The notes beneath the pieces are model-generated. The model saw only the letters and a program-made list of their open reading frames with translations. It did no database searches and had not been told where the DNA came from. Of a stretch of DNA of 38,308 nucleotides, positions 27,201 through 35,942 are shown piece by piece. Each line of letters begins with the position of its first letter. Position 1 is the stretch's first letter. The stretch is from a virus. Its lineage: Duplodnaviria; Caudoviricetes. Made by a program: the position numbers and the translations under genes. The stretch spans positions 1 to 38,308 of the IMG/VR virus record IMGVR_UViG_3300016478_000127; one strand, written 5' to 3'.

Positions 27201-30200
27201 CCCGTCCTTTGGTGGCAGTGAAGAACTTCATGCAGCACCTGAAGGCTCAAGACCTTTCAGTCAACGACTTCATGCCTTACGAAATCACCGAGGCCCAAGC
27301 CCCGTTGGTATCTTTCCTCATGGCTCAGCATGATCGTCTGGCTGAGGTGATCAGCAGTGTGATTCGAGCTGAAGATCGCCAGGAGTGGAAGCACAAGAAC
27401 CCCATCGAGTTCTTCCGTCAGGCAGATGGGTCGTTTGAACAGAACTTTATGACAGCCATGGTAGCTGGTGCTCTGGCTGTGCTGGCAGAAGACGTACACG
27501 CTCCTCGTCTTCAGACTGAAGAATCTGTGGCCAAAATGTTGGGTGCCTCTGCCGATGCCACTGTTCCGCAAGCTACCTTGAAAGCCCTGCGTCCTATGCT
27601 GACTCGACGTACCACCATGGAAAACAAGCTGGGCAAATTCGTAATGGAAGCCTTGGGTCTGAAGGCCAAAAACAAGGATGTACCGGTGGATGAGCAGCAA
27701 CGTCTGCAAGCCCACCTTGGTGCTCACTTGTTTAACGCTTTGGCTCGTACTGGTGTGATCAAGGTTGAGCAGATTGATCTGGGCGATTACTTAGCTATGC
27801 AGGCTCGTAAGGATGCTGAAAGTGACCGCAGCAATGAAGCCTCTAAGGATGCAGAAGATTCTTTGGATGCTTTCCGTAAGGACTACTTTGTACGCATCAA
27901 TCATGAAAGCCCATTCATGGAACACCTGAAGAGCGTATCGAAAGGCTCTGGCGGTGTACTGGCTACCTTGTTTGGTATGGACTCTGGTGAGCAGTTGCCC
28001 CTACTGGAGGCCCCGAAGATTACCCAGAAAGACACCAATGGTGGTAAGCAGACCATCACCAAATCGGTGCGTAAAGCCATGGAGAAAATGGCTTCCCGTC
28101 AGATGACTTTCCGTCCTTCGATGAAGGTGCTGAGTCAGGCCAGCCGTGGTTTCCTCGAAGACATTGCCGGTATCGAGAATGTGGACAATCTGGTCATGCA
28201 CTCCGAGCTGCGTGATGGTGCTCAGGCTGCTAATGACAATCTGCGCCGTGAACTCGATCAGCTCATTGAGCTGTGGGATTTCTTGGGTGCTCTGGGTAAT
28301 CCCTTCCGTAACTTCTATGCCCGTCCGGATCAGTGGAAGAACAGTCGTATTGGCTACGTGGGTTCATGGGCCAACATGCAGACCAGTAAAATCGCACGCT
28401 TCCTTGTGGCTCCTGCTGGCTGGGAGACCACCGTGGTGCCCAGTGGCAAAGTAGGCAAAGTAGGCAAAGGCCAGACCTCGCTGAAAAACTTCAAGCTGCG
28501 TGTGCTGGAAGGCTTGGGAGCCAAGACCGACAGTAAGAGTGACTACGACACCCTGAAATCCTTCGATGAAATCGTATCTGCTGACCACATCAAAGCTGCT
28601 GTGAAAGTGCTGCAACGAGTGGTTGATACTGATCTCAAGATGACCACTGAAGAAGAAAACATTGTGGCCAACGCCACCAAGAAAGTGGGCAACAAGCTGC
28701 ATGGGTTCGAGGCGTTGTGGGCACTGGCTCAGTACGAGAATGCCAAAATGTATGACCCAATTTCGGGTCAGCACCTTCTGAAGCCATTCACTACCATGGT
28801 ATCTGCCGAGATCGACGGTAAGACCAACGGCCCAATGCTGAGTATGTGGTTGCTGGGTGTGATCGACTCCACTTTTGCTGCCATGGGGGGCTTCTTCACG
28901 CATGCAAGTCAGGTACGTGGTTTTGGTCAATGGAAGCCTGGTAACTATGACTTGTATGAGCGTACCTCGGATACCCTGCTCAAGCGCCTGAAGCAGATGG
29001 ATATTCGTCCAGAAGTTGTGGACTCCCTCTGGCGTCTGATCGGTTCCCCACTGGATAAGCATGGCCGTATCGTAAAAGCAGGACGTGATCTGGTTAAGAA
29101 CCCGCTGACCACTCTCATCTACGGTTCCGGTCTGGATAACACCGTGGACAAGATGACTGATGTGTTCATGGAAAACATCTACGCCCAAGTCGCCAAGATT
29201 GCTCAGGGTAAGAAGTATGTTGAAGGTGACTTCACCATTGAACAGCAGTTCGAAATGTTCCAAAAAGACCTGCAACAGTTCACTGGCCGTAAGGCTATGC
29301 CTTTCCCAACCGATATTCAGGAAGCCCTAAATACCCCGTTGTCAGAAGATTATGTGACCGATCTGCGTACACAGTTTGCTGAAACCATTGGTGAAGCCGT
29401 TAAGTCCACCATCAATACCGACTTTGAAGGGTACATGACGGCCCGTAAAAAGATGGTGCGCCAGTCCAATGCCACTTGGCTGATGTACAACGAGGTTCGT
29501 GAGAAACTGCTGTGGGACTATTCCCAGTTCCTTATGGATGAAGGTGTACTGCCTTTCCAAGTAGTTACCGGACTCACCAATGAGGTGGAGAAGTACGACC
29601 GTTACAATATGCCGGTGTACAAGAAAGGAAAGATTCGTCAGCCTCTCCGTGCTCTGACTGAGAAAGAGCAGGAAGAAGCTCTGGCTTTGATCAAGCACAT
29701 GGAGCCTCGAATCAACACTGCCCTGTCTCGTCGTGATGGTGATCTGGAATCGGGCATCTATGTGGGCAAGAACAAGCTCAAGTCTTCTTCCAAACCTGAG
29801 CTGAGTACGGATGTTAAGAGCAATGGGTTCGGTGCCTTGAACAGTAAAGGGGAACCGCTGAAACCTAGCCGTGAATCCCGACCCATTGTGCGTCAGGAGA
29901 GTCCACCCGGCGTATCGGTTATGGCCAACGGTGTGCAATCCACTGACGGTAACACCATCGTTGAAGTGCTGGCTCACCTGAATGCTATTGGTGTGCATGA
30001 CGCCATCCTGACGGCTCTGCATGATGCTGCTGAAGCAGGTCAGATGATGAACCAGCAAGTGATGGAATTGATCCTGAATCACTCGTTGCCTCGTGAAAGC
30101 TATGAAGCCCTGGCTCGTACCATGATCGGTTACGCCGAGTACATGCGTCAGAACCCGAATAGCATGAGCAAAGAGTCTCTCCGTAACCTGCTGAACTCTC

Positions 30201-33200
30201 AAAAGCAGGGGCGTAATCGGATGCCCTCTTTCGCTGAACTGGTATCTCAAGCCGCCCGTTTTGCCTATGAATCAGACTTCAACCGTCTGGATCAGTTGAG
30301 CAAGATGGCTGTGGTGGATCAGTACACCCTTGAATCGGGCATCTTCGATGTACCCAACAGCTTCAACAATCTGGCAGCCAAGATGCGGGATGAACTCAAG
30401 CTGACCATCGACCCGGCCTTGATGGCTGCGGCTATGGAAATGGACAAAGCCCTGTTTGGTGACAAGGTTACTGGGGCTAAAACTACTGCCCCGAAAGCCC
30501 AACGCACCAGCCAGAAGGCTGAGTTTGATCTGGATGCTGTTCTGCAAACCCCGGGTCTGACTGCCGAAGTGGTGATCGACAAGCTGCTCAACAATATCGG
30601 TAACCCTCAAGAGGGTGACGTTTTTGGTCAGCTGTACCGTGAAATCCTGAAGCGTGGTCTGCGTCAGCTGAAAGGTCTGCCGGTGAACTACGTTACTGAC
30701 GAGTCGCAGATTCCAAAAGAAGCACAAGGAGCCTACGGCTGGTATCACGTTGACGAAGATGGCAACGCCAGCATTGGTATTCGTGGCTCCAACCTTGCTG
30801 GTTCAGGTATTACCACTGAGCTGATGGTGCATGAAATCCTGCACGCTCTGGTAGCTACCATTATCGAACAGGCTGAAAAAGGCATCGGAACTCCTGAAGT
30901 ACTCAAGGCTGTGGCTGAACTGGAAGAAATGCGGGAGTTCTTGAAACCCCGTATGCCTCAGTTCGGTGAAGCTCTGAAGAATGTGCAGGAGTTTGTGGCT
31001 TGGGGTATGACTAACCCAGCTTTCCAGAAAGCTCTGGTGGCCATTCCGCACACTGATAAGCGTGCTCCCAACTTGCTGAACAAGGCCCAGCAGTTCTTCT
31101 CGACTATTGCCAAGATCGTGTTTGGCAAGAAAGCCGAGTCGATGAACACCATGTTTACCACCTTCATGTCCCGGGTGGCTGTAATCATGGGGGATGCTGA
31201 GACCAACCCTCAGCAACCCCTCCCGGGTACTCAGACTATGGCAGCCCAGCAATGGAATGCGGTGGCCTTGTTTGAAGGTCTTGGTTCGCTGGGTAATGGT
31301 TACACCTCTTCAGCCATGCAAGAGCGTGTAGCCGGTCTGATGTCCTCTGTGGTTGATGCCGTGGGTGGCCCGTTCCAGTCCTTCTACCAACAGGCTGTAG
31401 CTGGTGCTCAATCACCTATTGCTGTCATGGCCACTGCACAGGCCAATGGCCTGCTGCCGAATAGCGGTGATTTGCGTGCTAGTGGCTTTGCTCTGGGTGA
31501 TCAGCAAGCCTTCGCCATTGAGATGCTGACCGAATCCATTCACGAAGTTCAACGTGACACCACACATGAGGCTGAAAAGCAGCTGCTCAAGCTGTTCAAG
31601 GAGACCTCTCAGAAGGTGACTCCGGCTGATCTGGGTGGTCAGACTCAATGGGATGCCCTGTTTGGCGCCAACGCCATCCAACCTGATGGTAAGCACCTGG
31701 CTCGCTTTGCTGCTATGGCCCTTGCTTACCCCCCTCTGGCCAGCAAGATGGGCTTCACTACTCAAGAAGTAGTGCAAGAAGATACGACCCTGTATGGCCG
31801 TATGCTGGCACTCTTTGAGAAGCTGATGAATCTGCTAGCCAAGGCCACTCATAAAGCATATGCCGGCCAGCGTGCTGATCTGAAGCTGAATACCATCACA
31901 GAACGGCTGGTAGCACTGGAGGCCAAGTATCAGGCACGCCTACAACCTAACCGGTTCGATGATGTGATGGAGCTGCTGGAAGACAAGAGTGAACAGCTCG
32001 AAGAGGGTGTGCGTAACCTGCTGAAGTCGGGTTTTGATAAAATGATCTCCTCCAATGTGAAGGGCATCAAACAGCTGGGCACCATCGGTAACGTGGTGGC
32101 CGAGCAGCGTGTTGGAGAAGTCCTAAACAGCGTAGAGAAAACCTACAACCGTATGTCCTCTGGGCAGATGGGTCTGATGGGTTCTTTGTTCGATGAACTA
32201 CGTGGTACCCGTGCTAGCAATGTGATGGCCCGTGCTCTGCTGGTAGCTACCAAAGTCCGTGAGAAGCTGCGTCAAGACATCCAACGCGATTTCACTCGCG
32301 TCATGTCTGAGAGCTTTGCTGTAGAGCTGACTCAGAACGAAGAAAAGTTCATCACCACGATCCTGCTGCGTAACGACGTACAGTCTTTGTTGGGGCCGAT
32401 GACTCTGGCTGAAATCCAGTCCTTGCTGGCTAACCCAAGCCGACTGACTGCTGAGTTCAATCGTCGGGCAGCCAACCTGCCTCCCCAGCTGAGCCAGTAT
32501 TTCCTGAACCAGATCGACTACATGGGCTTCATGTTGGCCACTGGTTCGGATAAAGGCCCGAACACGGTGCGAAACATTGAGAACCTTGCTCGCCTGAGTG
32601 GTACTGCCCAAGCCGATACCTTGAGCGAATCTGAAGTGGCTGCATTGATTCCGGAGCTGGATGTACTGGTAACCCTGAAAGCTCTGGAGTACTCGAACGA
32701 AGGTGATCGCCGTTCGATGGCCCGACTACTGGCTAATGAGACTGCCCGGACTGATGGGGGTAATGGCATCAAGGCTGTGCTGCTGATGCACCGTGAGCTG
32801 CTGAAGCAGGCCAAGGAGCGCGCCTTTGCTGGGACTGAGCGTCTGATGGTGAAAGGCTACGTGCCTGAAATCCACAACCCGAACATTGAATTGGTGGCTG
32901 TTGATCGTGCTGATGTAGCTACCAGGATTGCTGCTGGGTACAAGAAACTGTATGACCTGCCTATGGATGATTCGGATGTTTACGGTCGTCCAAAGACTCT
33001 AATGGTCGTTGAGAAGATGGCTGTACGTCGCCTGTCCGGCACCCTGTCCCTGACCAGCATGAAGCATCAAGGTAGTACCATTCATTCCGGCATTGAGCTG
33101 TTCGACTTCAGTGGTGAGAACGGCTACAGCATCCACGCCAACAAGAAAACGGCCAAAAAGCGTCAGCAGGAGATTGCTGCCCTGTTCACCCGTCCACATG

Positions 33201-34642
33201 GCAAGAATCTGGTTGAGGACAAGACCACTCGGATGACCCCGGTAATGAATGCCAAGGGGGAAGTGGTGAACTACCGCTACATGATGGATCACCAAGGACG
33301 TGACGATCATCTGGAGCGTAACAACCACTTTGGCCAAGTGCTCGGGACTATGGCAAGCCAGACCTTCGATAAGGCTACCTCTGCTGATCACAATAGCCGA
33401 GTAATTGATGCCCTGCATCAGCAGTGGACTCTGGAGCAAAGCACCAATCCAGAGGCATTTATCATGGTTGGCCCGGACAGTGCTGATGCCAGCCTGCGTG
33501 AGCGTTACGTGGAAATCCCTTACGAGACTCGCAAACTGATCGAGTCGGTATGGGGTGGCCCGAACATGATGGTGCGTCGTGATCTGGTAGACCTGCACTT
33601 TGGTTACCACAAAGCCTCACTCACTGATCTGCTGACTGACAATGGCCGGTACAACGGCGTACTGAAAAACTTCTTCTTATGGCTGGCCAAGGACGTGTTC
33701 AACATCGGTGACCGGGGGCTGCGTCGAATCCTGAAGGCTGAAAACATTTTTCAGGCGGTGAACCAGGAGATCAAAGACTTCTTCGTTGTGAAGTCCGGTG
33801 TAACGACCTTCTGGAACATCGTGAGTAACATGAGCTTGTTAAAGCTACATGGGGTATCGCTGAAGGAGATTGTGCGCTATCACCGTGTCGCCCTGAAGGG
33901 TGCTCGTGATTGGCAGAGAGATGACTCGGAGCTGCGTCGCCTAACGGCTATGCGTGACTCAGGGTACATCGTAGGCAGCCTTCAGGATTTGGATCAGCAG
34001 ATCGCAATTCTGGAAGACCAGTTGGCACGGAACCCAGTCCGTGAAGTGATGGCGTTGGGCATGATGCCCACCATTGCAGAAGACATGGACAGCATGGAAG
34101 ACCCTTACTCTTACAAGAGCTATGCTGCTAAAAAGACGGAAAAATACACTCAGTATGTGCCCAAGTTTGTAAAACAAGGGGCCAAGTGGGTGTACATGAC
34201 TCATGACACCCAGCTGTATCAGATCATGCAGCAAGGCACTCAGTTAAGTGACTTCGTAGCTCGATACACTCTGTTCCAGCACTTGCAAACTCGTCGTAAG
34301 AATCCGTTGAGTATGGCTGAAGCAGCTGTTGAAGCGATTGATTCGTTCATCAACTACGACTTGCCATCGAATCGCTGGTTGCAATACGCCAACGACATGG
34401 GGATCGTGCGATTCACCAAGTACTATCTGCGGATTCAATCTGTACTGATGAAGCTATACCAGCAGAATCCGGCCCGGGCCATGTTCCTTGCCACTATCGA
34501 GAACCTGTTTGATGGGATGCAAACAGTGATGGACTCTACTCTGTGGAACCGGATTGGTTCCCCACTAGAAGGTGGGCCATTCGACGCCATCGAAGCTCTG
34601 GAAAGTGGGCTGATGGCCCGGGCACTCGGCAAGGTGTTCTAA
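24248..34642 (+). CDS. Virion-encapsidated RNA polymerase (N4 gp50-like), ~3460 aa
   Basis: Giant ORF; motif A EIDGKTNGP, motif B RDLVKNPLTTLIYGSG, motif C GVHDA; GGAG RBS before ATG 24248. Confidence 0.95.
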   Translation: MSFDAKEFYASFNNFGSPKPDVTSSKKESLALRADEKKSSILEKAARIERNKDSVVSQLGLDPDGFVGDMVNRVAATADTVRDVVSGISKLEQAAYKAATGKELSQEIKDKMAIPDFDKYVAEMENGVKPASHPRAVADVGITALKGAIGVPESAVGVADLFTFGMAGKKAEEAGFRSRDAKQFLDSLKSDELRASEAEVHAADGFMNTLEAAIERPLMVGHAIGESIPAMLAGGVVGKGLQKLGMASKLASAAGEGVMMSGMAAENIRQQTKDGEMSLKQVGDAALTGLLGAGIARVGNKIAGKARVSDIEEAAMNEVLPPAQLAGLPRVTAVAGIEGAEELAQSGEEQILQNHALDKDLLEGVGDAMAMGLVTGSAMGAGFGMAQPSDENASNSEVIKDLVGAVKGKVSQAADALNLNQKGKDIEAAFEHAKTTGEVDRLVDSKDPAYDPTGAIRAMHEYSQRDDADAEGLIEYGEELVSGMELQLKQRIQNLENSRDLTTPEHIKEQEDQIAKTREEVAKMKIALQDWRGTNTDIETLDSSVELANTPVNEITEEIAQPVQAAVRKSLTLAMRDSSKMTPEQMEALANNTENSLDDSQRTFLSRSAAARRAATEAKTVEGVSEEVFKGGNGNLGLENYQAAFNDAYANGDNAGMRTALAGLQKFATVHQNKFNVFSRAFDASEQAGGTKVYSYLPKGNGSWVAAPRGMSWAEVNSKGGVNISAQNSGKLMDAVRAEVKALEAGLEALKAKAVVRTPKATGPAKAPKALDQEAPQAAPKVARPQAEIEQEADVLLDNINSKLDPAVAEKLNLSLEGTFSQQQVKAIKAALEPADFDALRSLRNEYRGIAPAQARAASAPKSEPKAKTEVGTEQASQAAESPNEVSPNFDEEVGIVEAEIEQKKREEAEAREAEEQARRSQSFLESRGQVQKPTKSDYLGQAAGKLKALAHKVPAVLNQKNYTFVNLVSAYFKQVGERQDSNVPRPLVAVKNFMQHLKAQDLSVNDFMPYEITEAQAPLVSFLMAQHDRLAEVISSVIRAEDRQEWKHKNPIEFFRQADGSFEQNFMTAMVAGALAVLAEDVHAPRLQTEESVAKMLGASADATVPQATLKALRPMLTRRTTMENKLGKFVMEALGLKAKNKDVPVDEQQRLQAHLGAHLFNALARTGVIKVEQIDLGDYLAMQARKDAESDRSNEASKDAEDSLDAFRKDYFVRINHESPFMEHLKSVSKGSGGVLATLFGMDSGEQLPLLEAPKITQKDTNGGKQTITKSVRKAMEKMASRQMTFRPSMKVLSQASRGFLEDIAGIENVDNLVMHSELRDGAQAANDNLRRELDQLIELWDFLGALGNPFRNFYARPDQWKNSRIGYVGSWANMQTSKIARFLVAPAGWETTVVPSGKVGKVGKGQTSLKNFKLRVLEGLGAKTDSKSDYDTLKSFDEIVSADHIKAAVKVLQRVVDTDLKMTTEEENIVANATKKVGNKLHGFEALWALAQYENAKMYDPISGQHLLKPFTTMVSAEIDGKTNGPMLSMWLLGVIDSTFAAMGGFFTHASQVRGFGQWKPGNYDLYERTSDTLLKRLKQMDIRPEVVDSLWRLIGSPLDKHGRIVKAGRDLVKNPLTTLIYGSGLDNTVDKMTDVFMENIYAQVAKIAQGKKYVEGDFTIEQQFEMFQKDLQQFTGRKAMPFPTDIQEALNTPLSEDYVTDLRTQFAETIGEAVKSTINTDFEGYMTARKKMVRQSNATWLMYNEVREKLLWDYSQFLMDEGVLPFQVVTGLTNEVEKYDRYNMPVYKKGKIRQPLRALTEKEQEEALALIKHMEPRINTALSRRDGDLESGIYVGKNKLKSSSKPELSTDVKSNGFGALNSKGEPLKPSRESRPIVRQESPPGVSVMANGVQSTDGNTIVEVLAHLNAIGVHDAILTALHDAAEAGQMMNQQVMELILNHSLPRESYEALARTMIGYAEYMRQNPNSMSKESLRNLLNSQKQGRNRMPSFAELVSQAARFAYESDFNRLDQLSKMAVVDQYTLESGIFDVPNSFNNLAAKMRDELKLTIDPALMAAAMEMDKALFGDKVTGAKTTAPKAQRTSQKAEFDLDAVLQTPGLTAEVVIDKLLNNIGNPQEGDVFGQLYREILKRGLRQLKGLPVNYVTDESQIPKEAQGAYGWYHVDEDGNASIGIRGSNLAGSGITTELMVHEILHALVATIIEQAEKGIGTPEVLKAVAELEEMREFLKPRMPQFGEALKNVQEFVAWGMTNPAFQKALVAIPHTDKRAPNLLNKAQQFFSTIAKIVFGKKAESMNTMFTTFMSRVAVIMGDAETNPQQPLPGTQTMAAQQWNAVALFEGLGSLGNGYTSSAMQERVAGLMSSVVDAVGGPFQSFYQQAVAGAQSPIAVMATAQANGLLPNSGDLRASGFALGDQQAFAIEMLTESIHEVQRDTTHEAEKQLLKLFKETSQKVTPADLGGQTQWDALFGANAIQPDGKHLARFAAMALAYPPLASKMGFTTQEVVQEDTTLYGRMLALFEKLMNLLAKATHKAYAGQRADLKLNTITERLVALEAKYQARLQPNRFDDVMELLEDKSEQLEEGVRNLLKSGFDKMISSNVKGIKQLGTIGNVVAEQRVGEVLNSVEKTYNRMSSGQMGLMGSLFDELRGTRASNVMARALLVATKVREKLRQDIQRDFTRVMSESFAVELTQNEEKFITTILLRNDVQSLLGPMTLAEIQSLLANPSRLTAEFNRRAANLPPQLSQYFLNQIDYMGFMLATGSDKGPNTVRNIENLARLSGTAQADTLSESEVAALIPELDVLVTLKALEYSNEGDRRSMARLLANETARTDGGNGIKAVLLMHRELLKQAKERAFAGTERLMVKGYVPEIHNPNIELVAVDRADVATRIAAGYKKLYDLPMDDSDVYGRPKTLMVVEKMAVRRLSGTLSLTSMKHQGSTIHSGIELFDFSGENGYSIHANKKTAKKRQQEIAALFTRPHGKNLVEDKTTRMTPVMNAKGEVVNYRYMMDHQGRDDHLERNNHFGQVLGTMASQTFDKATSADHNSRVIDALHQQWTLEQSTNPEAFIMVGPDSADASLRERYVEIPYETRKLIESVWGGPNMMVRRDLVDLHFGYHKASLTDLLTDNGRYNGVLKNFFLWLAKDVFNIGDRGLRRILKAENIFQAVNQEIKDFFVVKSGVTTFWNIVSNMSLLKLHGVSLKEIVRYHRVALKGARDWQRDDSELRRLTAMRDSGYIVGSLQDLDQQIAILEDQLARNPVREVMALGMMPTIAEDMDSMEDPYSYKSYAAKKTEKYTQYVPKFVKQGAKWVYMTHDTQLYQIMQQGTQLSDFVARYTLFQHLQTRRKNPLSMAEAAVEAIDSFINYDLPSNRWLQYANDMGIVRFTKYYLRIQSVLMKLYQQNPARAMFLATIENLFDGMQTVMDSTLWNRIGSPLEGGPFDAIEALESGLMARALGKVF

Positions 34643-34646
34643 ACGA

Positions 34647-34671
34647 CAAAGGCCCACGGATGGGCCTTTTT
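34647..34671 (+). terminator. Bidirectional terminator between convergent units
   Basis: AAAGGCCCA-CGGA-TGGGCCTTT followed by TT. Confidence 0.85.
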
Positions 34672-34777
34672 AGACTGCATTGGGGAGAACCCCACTCGCT
34701 AACCACCATAGTTCGCAAGGTTTCCGCCTTATTTGAGCGGGGTTCTCTCCAATACAGCCTACTCTCGTAGGGTATTG
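34671..34777 (-). ncRNA. Candidate structured RNA (27-bp stem with branched loop; alternative GNRA hairpin)
   Basis: Arms 34735-34761 and 34671-34697 pair with 3 G.U and 1 mismatch on the minus strand. Confidence 0.5.
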
Positions 34778-34788
34778 GGGTGATGCTA

Positions 34789-35016
34789 TCACCTGTTCTC
34801 GCCGTCTTCATCAGCCTCTTTTTGAAGCTGCCGGTATTCCAAGTATTCCTTGATGCCTACAAAGGTAAGCCCGATTACACAGGCCATTCCACCAAGAACC
34901 ATCAGAATAAAGGCGAGGATGCCGGTTAGCCATCCCAGCACCATGCCAGCAGCGTAACACGCGAACGTGACTATCGCTGCTGCCATGATCATCAGAATCC
35001 CTTTTAGGGATTCCAT
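34789..35016 (-). CDS. Small membrane protein with two predicted TM helices
   Basis: Long hydrophobic stretch and charged C-terminal tail. Confidence 0.7.
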   Translation of the reverse strand: MESLKGILMIMAAAIVTFACYAAGMVLGWLTGILAFILMVLGGMACVIGLTFVGIKEYLEYRQLQKEADEDGENR

Positions 35017-35352
35017 TTAGGAGAACAGGCTGGAGGCCGGTGACACTTCCTTGGCTGGAGCTTCTTCGGCCTGGGCCTCGGGAGCCTGCTCTTCTTGAGC
35101 GGGGGCTTCTTCAGCCGGAGCTGCCGGCTGTTCAGCCACCTGAGCTTCGGTCTTCACCGCACGCGGGACAGCCTGAGCAGGTTTGGCGCTGTCAGTGGCA
35201 TTGGTGATGTCCACGTCGGCGGTCAGACCATCGGCACTGCGGCTGGCAGTAAAGCCGATTTCGACGACCTTGCCGGTCAGGTTGATGCCTTGATTGGCGA
35301 TGTACTGTTGCAGTGCTTCTTCGATCTCGGTTTGACGCAGTTGGATACGCAT
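35017..35352 (-). CDS. Conserved N4-like hypothetical protein with Ala/Glu/Pro-rich tail
   Basis: MRIQLRQTEIEEALQQYI; GAGGA RBS; ends SLFS. Confidence 0.8.
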   Translation of the reverse strand: MRIQLRQTEIEEALQQYIANQGINLTGKVVEIGFTASRSADGLTADVDITNATDSAKPAQAVPRAVKTEAQVAEQPAAPAEEAPAQEEQAPEAQAEEAPAKEVSPASSLFS

Positions 35353-35372
35353 TGTTGCTTCCTCGCGTTGGG

Positions 35373-35942
35373 TTACGCCTTCAGTAGCGGTAACGTCTGT
35401 AGAAAAGGGTTGGAGTGGATACCAGCTTGGATGGCTCCGATGGCATCAGCCATATGTTCAGCCTTCGCTTCGCTGATGATTTGCACGCCTTTCTGCTTGT
35501 AGTAAGGCCACGAAGCAGCAGGATGCTGACTTGTAGCCCACTGGATCATCTCCAGCTTGGTGGCAGTCTTCCTGCCTACCGTGGCCATCTTCACTTCGGT
35601 CGGAGTGACCTCGAAGAATGGAATGCCACATGCTCTCAATGACCCGAGAACGCCAACACAGATTCCATAACTGGCCATGGCTCGTGCTGATTGGCTCCCT
35701 ACTGGAACTTCAGCAAAGATCACCTGGGCCTGTTTCGCAATCTCCATGGCGCTTTTGCACAACTGGAAGGCGGACTCTAGGTCAGTACTGTTTTGCCTGA
35801 CCTGTTTACCAGTGGGCAGCACCGGCTGGATGACATCCACCGTTTTCACGGTGAGCTTCATCGTATCGGTGTCTAGGGTGCCACAAGCGACACCCCAGTT
35901 CCGGAGAGATGGGTCAAAGCCCACTACTCTTAGCAGCATCAA
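35373..35942 (-). CDS. RuvC-like Holliday junction resolvase
   Basis: VVGFDPSLRNWG, FAEVP, TPTEVK, ATKLEM and EHMADAIG motifs. Confidence 0.85.
   Translation of the reverse strand: MMLLRVVGFDPSLRNWGVACGTLDTDTMKLTVKTVDVIQPVLPTGKQVRQNSTDLESAFQLCKSAMEIAKQAQVIFAEVPVGSQSARAMASYGICVGVLGSLRACGIPFFEVTPTEVKMATVGRKTATKLEMIQWATSQHPAASWPYYKQKGVQIISEAKAEHMADAIGAIQAGIHSNPFLQTLPLLKA

Noticed and set aside
28445-28469. GGCAAAGTA tandem repeat (GKVGKVGK) in vRNAP
   Set aside because: Short in-frame duplication, probably a loop insertion; no sign of phase variation
18933-33610. Many 100-340 aa antisense ORFs opposite the structural genes and vRNAP
   Set aside because: Overlap confident genes on the other strand, with composition typical of shadow ORFs
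34671-34777. tRNA or retron msr-msd
   Set aside because: No cloverleaf, T-loop or CCA end, and no reverse transcriptase in the window
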